Shown: piece after piece, positions 35,654 to 39,947 of the stretch | Layout: every line of letters starts with the position of its first letter | Numbering within the stretch: the stretch's first letter is position 1 | Source of the DNA: Octopus sinensis | Lineage: Eukaryota | Length of the DNA stretch: 39,947 nucleotides | Direction of reading: 5' to 3' | Assembly: GCF_006345805.1 (NCBI RefSeq) | Contig: NW_021835486.1 | Location: 1-39,947 of the forward strand | Program-made: the position numbers and the translations under genes | Notes under the pieces: generated by a model | Told to the model about the DNA's origin: nothing | What the model saw: the letters and a program-made list of their open reading frames with translations, nothing else | Database searches by the model: none

Positions 35654-36380
35654 TCTATTATATAAAATCTGTTCTGTCTGTCTGTGTGTGTGTGTCTTCT
35701 AGGATCTTGGGCATCCTCCATCCGATTGTGCTCAAATTTGATATGTAGATACTGATGGTATCTACATATGTATAAGTCTTGAAAAATCACAAAAATCGAT
35801 TCCTGGTGAGAATGCAATCAATAAAGCCGTGGGGACGTGCATTTGTACCTGCAAGTACATCAGCTGTTGCGCGAGAAAAATGCACATGCAGTTTCCTACA
35901 TGTTTTTCAGATAAACTTATTATTGTCCCAGGTACGTTCTCATAAATTCATCATGCTTTTCCATCTAGATTTACCTCCTGTTAACCCATTTGCATGCATA
36001 GTTTTTGTCCTGCTTTTCTTCCGTCAATCTGTACATAACTGCACCTTCCGTTTATCGTTGTTTTTGTACTGCTTAAAGGCACGTTTCTTTCCTGCCAAGC
36101 TTACTGTTTAAACCATGCTTGTGTTCTCCCAGTCAACAGTGTTATCATTACTAGTACTATAAACTCTTTGATTGCATACTTGTGTGAATAAAATCGTTTT
36201 TCTTTGGAATAGAAAAAAGTCTATCTTTATTTCTTCTTTTGCTGGTGTCTCAAATTTAAGTTAAATCAGTGTTTCTCAAAGGGGAGGCCTATGGGACGGT
36301 GGGACAAGTTGTTTTGAGAAAATTTGGATTAAATGTTTGACAACTCAGCATCGTCCATTGGACGGTGGGCGTTTTGCTTG
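35654..36380 (+). mobile_element. Non-autonomous Helitron-like element
   Basis: 5' A|TCtattatataaaatctgttctgtctgtctg; 3' hairpin catcgtcc-att-ggacggtg then CTTG|T (CTRR-like, one mismatch). Confidence 0.6.
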
Positions 36381-36429
36381 TATATATATATATATATATA
36401 AGAGACAGAAAGATAGATAGACACATAAA

Positions 36430-36990
36430 GAGAGAGAGATTGTTGCTCAAATAACTGATATACAAATCTAAGACATTAAAAATGCATGTCACAGTAAATA
36501 GAATTATGTGTTTGGATTAACATTTAGGTGAAATTTTCAATAATACAAGAATTTTAATAACCATATTTCGATAAAAAAAAATTTGATTCGAAAAGTATAT
36601 GAATCTGCTAGACAGTAAAGACTTTAATAATTGCTTCCGTATAATAAAAGTTACATAATCACAACTAATTAAAGCTCAGGAGATTACAGTGAAGGAGTTA
36701 GCTATCAGAAAAATATACACATAGAAAAAGACGGAAACAGAGAAAAAAAGAGAGATTGTTACTTCATTGTTGGTTTATAAATGTGAGACATTAAAAAAAA
36801 GCATGTCGTAGTGAATAAAATTATGTGTTTTCATTAGCATGAAGTCAAAATCTTCAATAATACAAGAAGTTTAAAAACCACATTTTGGTTAAAAAAAAAT
36901 AATAAATAATAAATGTGGAAATTTGCTAGACAGTAAAGACTTTAATAATTACTTCCTTTTAATAAAAGTTACATAATCATAACTAATTAA
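36430..36990 (+). repeat. Old ~315-bp tandem duplication
   Basis: gctagacagtaaagactttaataatt...aataaaagttacataatca at ~36607 and ~36925. Confidence 0.8.
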
Positions 36991-37083
36991 TGAGCAGCTT
37001 TCTTTATTATTATTATCGTTATTACACTACTATGAATACTCTCAATACACACTTTTGGTTTTGCTCTTTTGATTAACTTCTGT

Positions 37084-37265
37084 CTTTTACTTGTTTTAGT
37101 CATGAGGCTGTGGCCATGCTGGGGCACCACCTTGAATTGAGGGTGAACTTATTGACACTAACACTTATTGGTACTATTTTTTATCAGTCTGTTTTGCTGC
37201 TAAGTTACAGAGAGATAACACACACTCACCAATTGTCAAGCGGTGTGGGGGACAGATGCATGCAC
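37084..37265 (-). mobile_element. SINE family A 3' half, degenerate
   Basis: cttttacttgttttagtcat...gccatgctggggcacc. Confidence 0.6.
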
Positions 37266-37331
37266 AATATGCATGTATGCACACACACACACACGCATGC
37301 ACACACACACGTATGCACACACACACCACAC

Positions 37332-37366
<35 letters not shown>

Positions 37367-37556
37367 TATCTTTTCCGATCGCCAGATAATTGAAGAGATG
37401 GCGGTGTGGATTTCCACCCCGAAATCTGAAACTCAGAGTTTTATCTTGGCTACTGAATAATTATCACATATTACATTACAGATAATTCCTCTATTTACAT
37501 AATATCGAGGTCTCTTTAATTCTTTTGTTGTCTTACCATTTCTATCAATATATATA

Positions 37557-37601
<45 letters not shown>

Positions 37602-37624
37602 GTGTGTGTGTATGGAGAATTCAC

Positions 37625-37795
37625 ATAAAAAAACAAAAGACAAAGACAGGTGGTGTAGACCACAAACAGATGTATTAGTATAAGGCTCAAGAAGTGAAAA
37701 AGTCTTTAATGTTTCGAGCCTACACTCTTCCACAGAAAGGAACACAGAAAGAAACATGGAAAAAAAAGAATGTGTAGTGGCTAGCAATCTATCAT
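37625..37795 (-). mobile_element. Penelope-like ~170-bp repeat, copy 3, between (TA)n tracts
   Basis: Matches 16205-16385. Confidence 0.5.
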
Positions 37796-37906
37796 ATATA
37801 TATATATATATATACATATATATACATGTATATATATACATATATATACATATATACATATGTATATATATATACATATATATACATATATACATATAAT
37901 ACATAT

Positions 37907-38205
37907 ATTTTCTTTAAGGGAACATTTTTCTGGTTGAAATACACCGGAAAATGGCGACACAGCAGTAAAAAAATCGTAAAATATAGGGATTTTCATAGAA
38001 AAAAAAGTACCTTTTTGATGTAAATAATTTTTGGTGTTAACATGGTTCAATTTGAATTTTTTCTTCTACAGAACGAAGAGCAAGCCTTCTTCTATCATAC
38101 TTTCAATTTTGGTCAACTTGCGTTGCAGGGTCTCGGAGGAGATAGTGTTAGCTGAAGGCTACCAAACCTGCCACACACAGACAACTTCAGCTTTATATAG
38201 AGAGA
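37907..38205 (-). mobile_element. Helitron-like element, second copy
   Basis: Reverse complement of ~21957-22250. Confidence 0.5.
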
Positions 38206-38327
38206 GGTTGGTGAAATATTTTATTTCTGTCTGGAAATTTGCTTGTGACCATTGCTTGTCAAATGTTTGAAATATTTTGTGTTGTTTTTAAATTTTTTAT
38301 GTTGTTTTACAGATGCGTACACATATG

Positions 38328-38365
<38 letters not shown>

Positions 38366-38764
38366 GATTCTTATTTCTGTACATAGATATACATAGCTGT
38401 ATATGCAAAGTGTGTGCATGTGAAGAAGGCAATGAAAACAAAAAAGAAGTTCATTAAAACAGTTTTAATTAATGTTGCCTTATTTTAATGCTTAAAAGGA
38501 ATGGAAAACAGTCTTCATGTTTCTGATGCTAGCTCTTCATCAGAAGAAAAATAGAAAAGAAGAAACTAAATAAAAGAATAATAAAAGGTGTTTCAAAAAA
38601 TATTTTTTAAATTGAGTAAAGGTGGTTGGAGAAAAAAAAATGTGGACAGGGGCCAGGTGAGAATACAGTTCTATAAGGTATACAAAACTGTTCAACGAAC
38701 GGGAATGCAAAACTCTGTGCATCAGTCTTTGTGATATTTTTGCTGCTTTTTAATAAAGCATATT

Positions 38765-38893
38765 ACTCACAAGGCTTTGGTCAGCCCAAGGCTATAGTAG
38801 AAGACACTTGCCCAAGGTGCCACACAGTGGGACTGAACTTGGAACCATGTGGTTGTTAAGCAAGCTACTTACCACACAGCCACTCCTGCACCT
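38765..38893 (-). mobile_element. SINE family A 5' part
   Basis: ctcacaaggctttggtc...cttaccacacagccactcctgc. Confidence 0.8.
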
Positions 38894-39397
38894 ACATACA
38901 TATTTATAATCATAACAGCTGTTTTCCAATGAAACAAAAAGAAATAGCTTGAGTCGTTAGCTGTTGAAGAGGTTACATTCTCTTAAAGGCCATTTACTGG
39001 TTAACTGCTGGAAATGTCGCAGCATACAGTCTTACAATAAATTATTGTTATATACGGGATACCACTGTCAAGTTTTATGAACATCTGGGTGTTTAAGGTT
39101 GATCCCATTCATAGAGTACTTCCAGAGTTCAATGTTCTTTAAATTAAACAAATTACAATAATTGAATTCAAAAGCAACAATAAATGGGTAGTCTTCATTT
39201 TTGCCATCTTATTCACTACTTTGATACATTTAACTTGTAATACAATACCAGAGCGTAATTACTATTTTTCCCCGTAAACAAAATCAGTTTGAATTTATCA
39301 GATTACAAGGAAGCCTAAATTGAAACGAGGTGTCTTAAATTAAAAACCTAGCCATTTTATTGTGCATCCAACTGCATGTTTGAACAGCCAACATAGC

Positions 39398-39426
39398 TAT
39401 CTATCTGTCTGTCTATCTATCTATCT

Positions 39427-39481
<55 letters not shown>

Positions 39482-39534
39482 GTCTATTTGTCTATCTATC
39501 TGTCTATCTGTCTATCTATCTATCTATCTATCTT

Positions 39535-39573
<39 letters not shown>

Positions 39574-39582
39574 GTCTATTTG

Positions 39583-39657
<75 letters not shown>

Positions 39658-39757
39658 GTCTGTCTGTCTGTCTGTCTATTTGTCTGTCTGTCTATCTATC
39701 TACCTGTCTTATCTGTCTATCTTAGTTATCTATCTATCTGTCTATCTGTCTATGTAT
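39398..39757. repeat. (CTAT)n / (GATA)n tetranucleotide microsatellite with CTGT variants
   Basis: Direct reading; source of the YLSI ORFs. Confidence 0.95.
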
Positions 39758-39947
39758 GCATGGCTGTGTGATAAGAAACTTGCTTCCCAATTACATGGTT
39801 CCAGGTTCAGTCCCACTTGTAGCACCTTGAGTAGGTGTCTTCTACCTTCAAGCCAACCAAAACCTTGTCAATGGATTTGATAGATGGAAACAAAAAGAAG
39901 CCTATCATATATATATATAATATATATATATATATATGTGCGTGTGT
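39758..39947 (+). mobile_element. SINE family A 5' half (runs off the window)
   Basis: gcatggctgtgtgataagaaacttgcttccc...ggatttgatagatggaaac. Confidence 0.75.

Overview
AT-rich, repeat-dominated eukaryotic DNA, intergenic or intronic. The SINE and MITE families look like those of Octopus (coleoid cephalopod); this is inferred from repeat recognition, not from a search. No intact protein-coding gene, rRNA, true tRNA gene or CRISPR array is supportable, and almost every ORF in the supplied track is a microsatellite or SINE artefact. Real coding relics are a decayed, internally deleted Ty3/Gypsy element on the minus strand (~870-4120) and two 5'-truncated RTE-clade LINE ends. The rest is about 15 copies of a tRNA-derived SINE, other SINE families, seven TTAA (piggyBac-like) MITEs, a hAT MITE, a GG-terminal 8-bp-TSD MITE, Helitron-like elements, an (AAT)n-embedded retroposon, a 144-bp satellite, a 16-bp minisatellite and many microsatellites. 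The most interesting structures are: a MITE-spacer-MITE composite present twice in inverted orientation; an ~820-bp fold-back SINE palindrome; a satellite with A/B higher-order alternation; trimeric RTE-tailed elements; and hammerhead-like relics.
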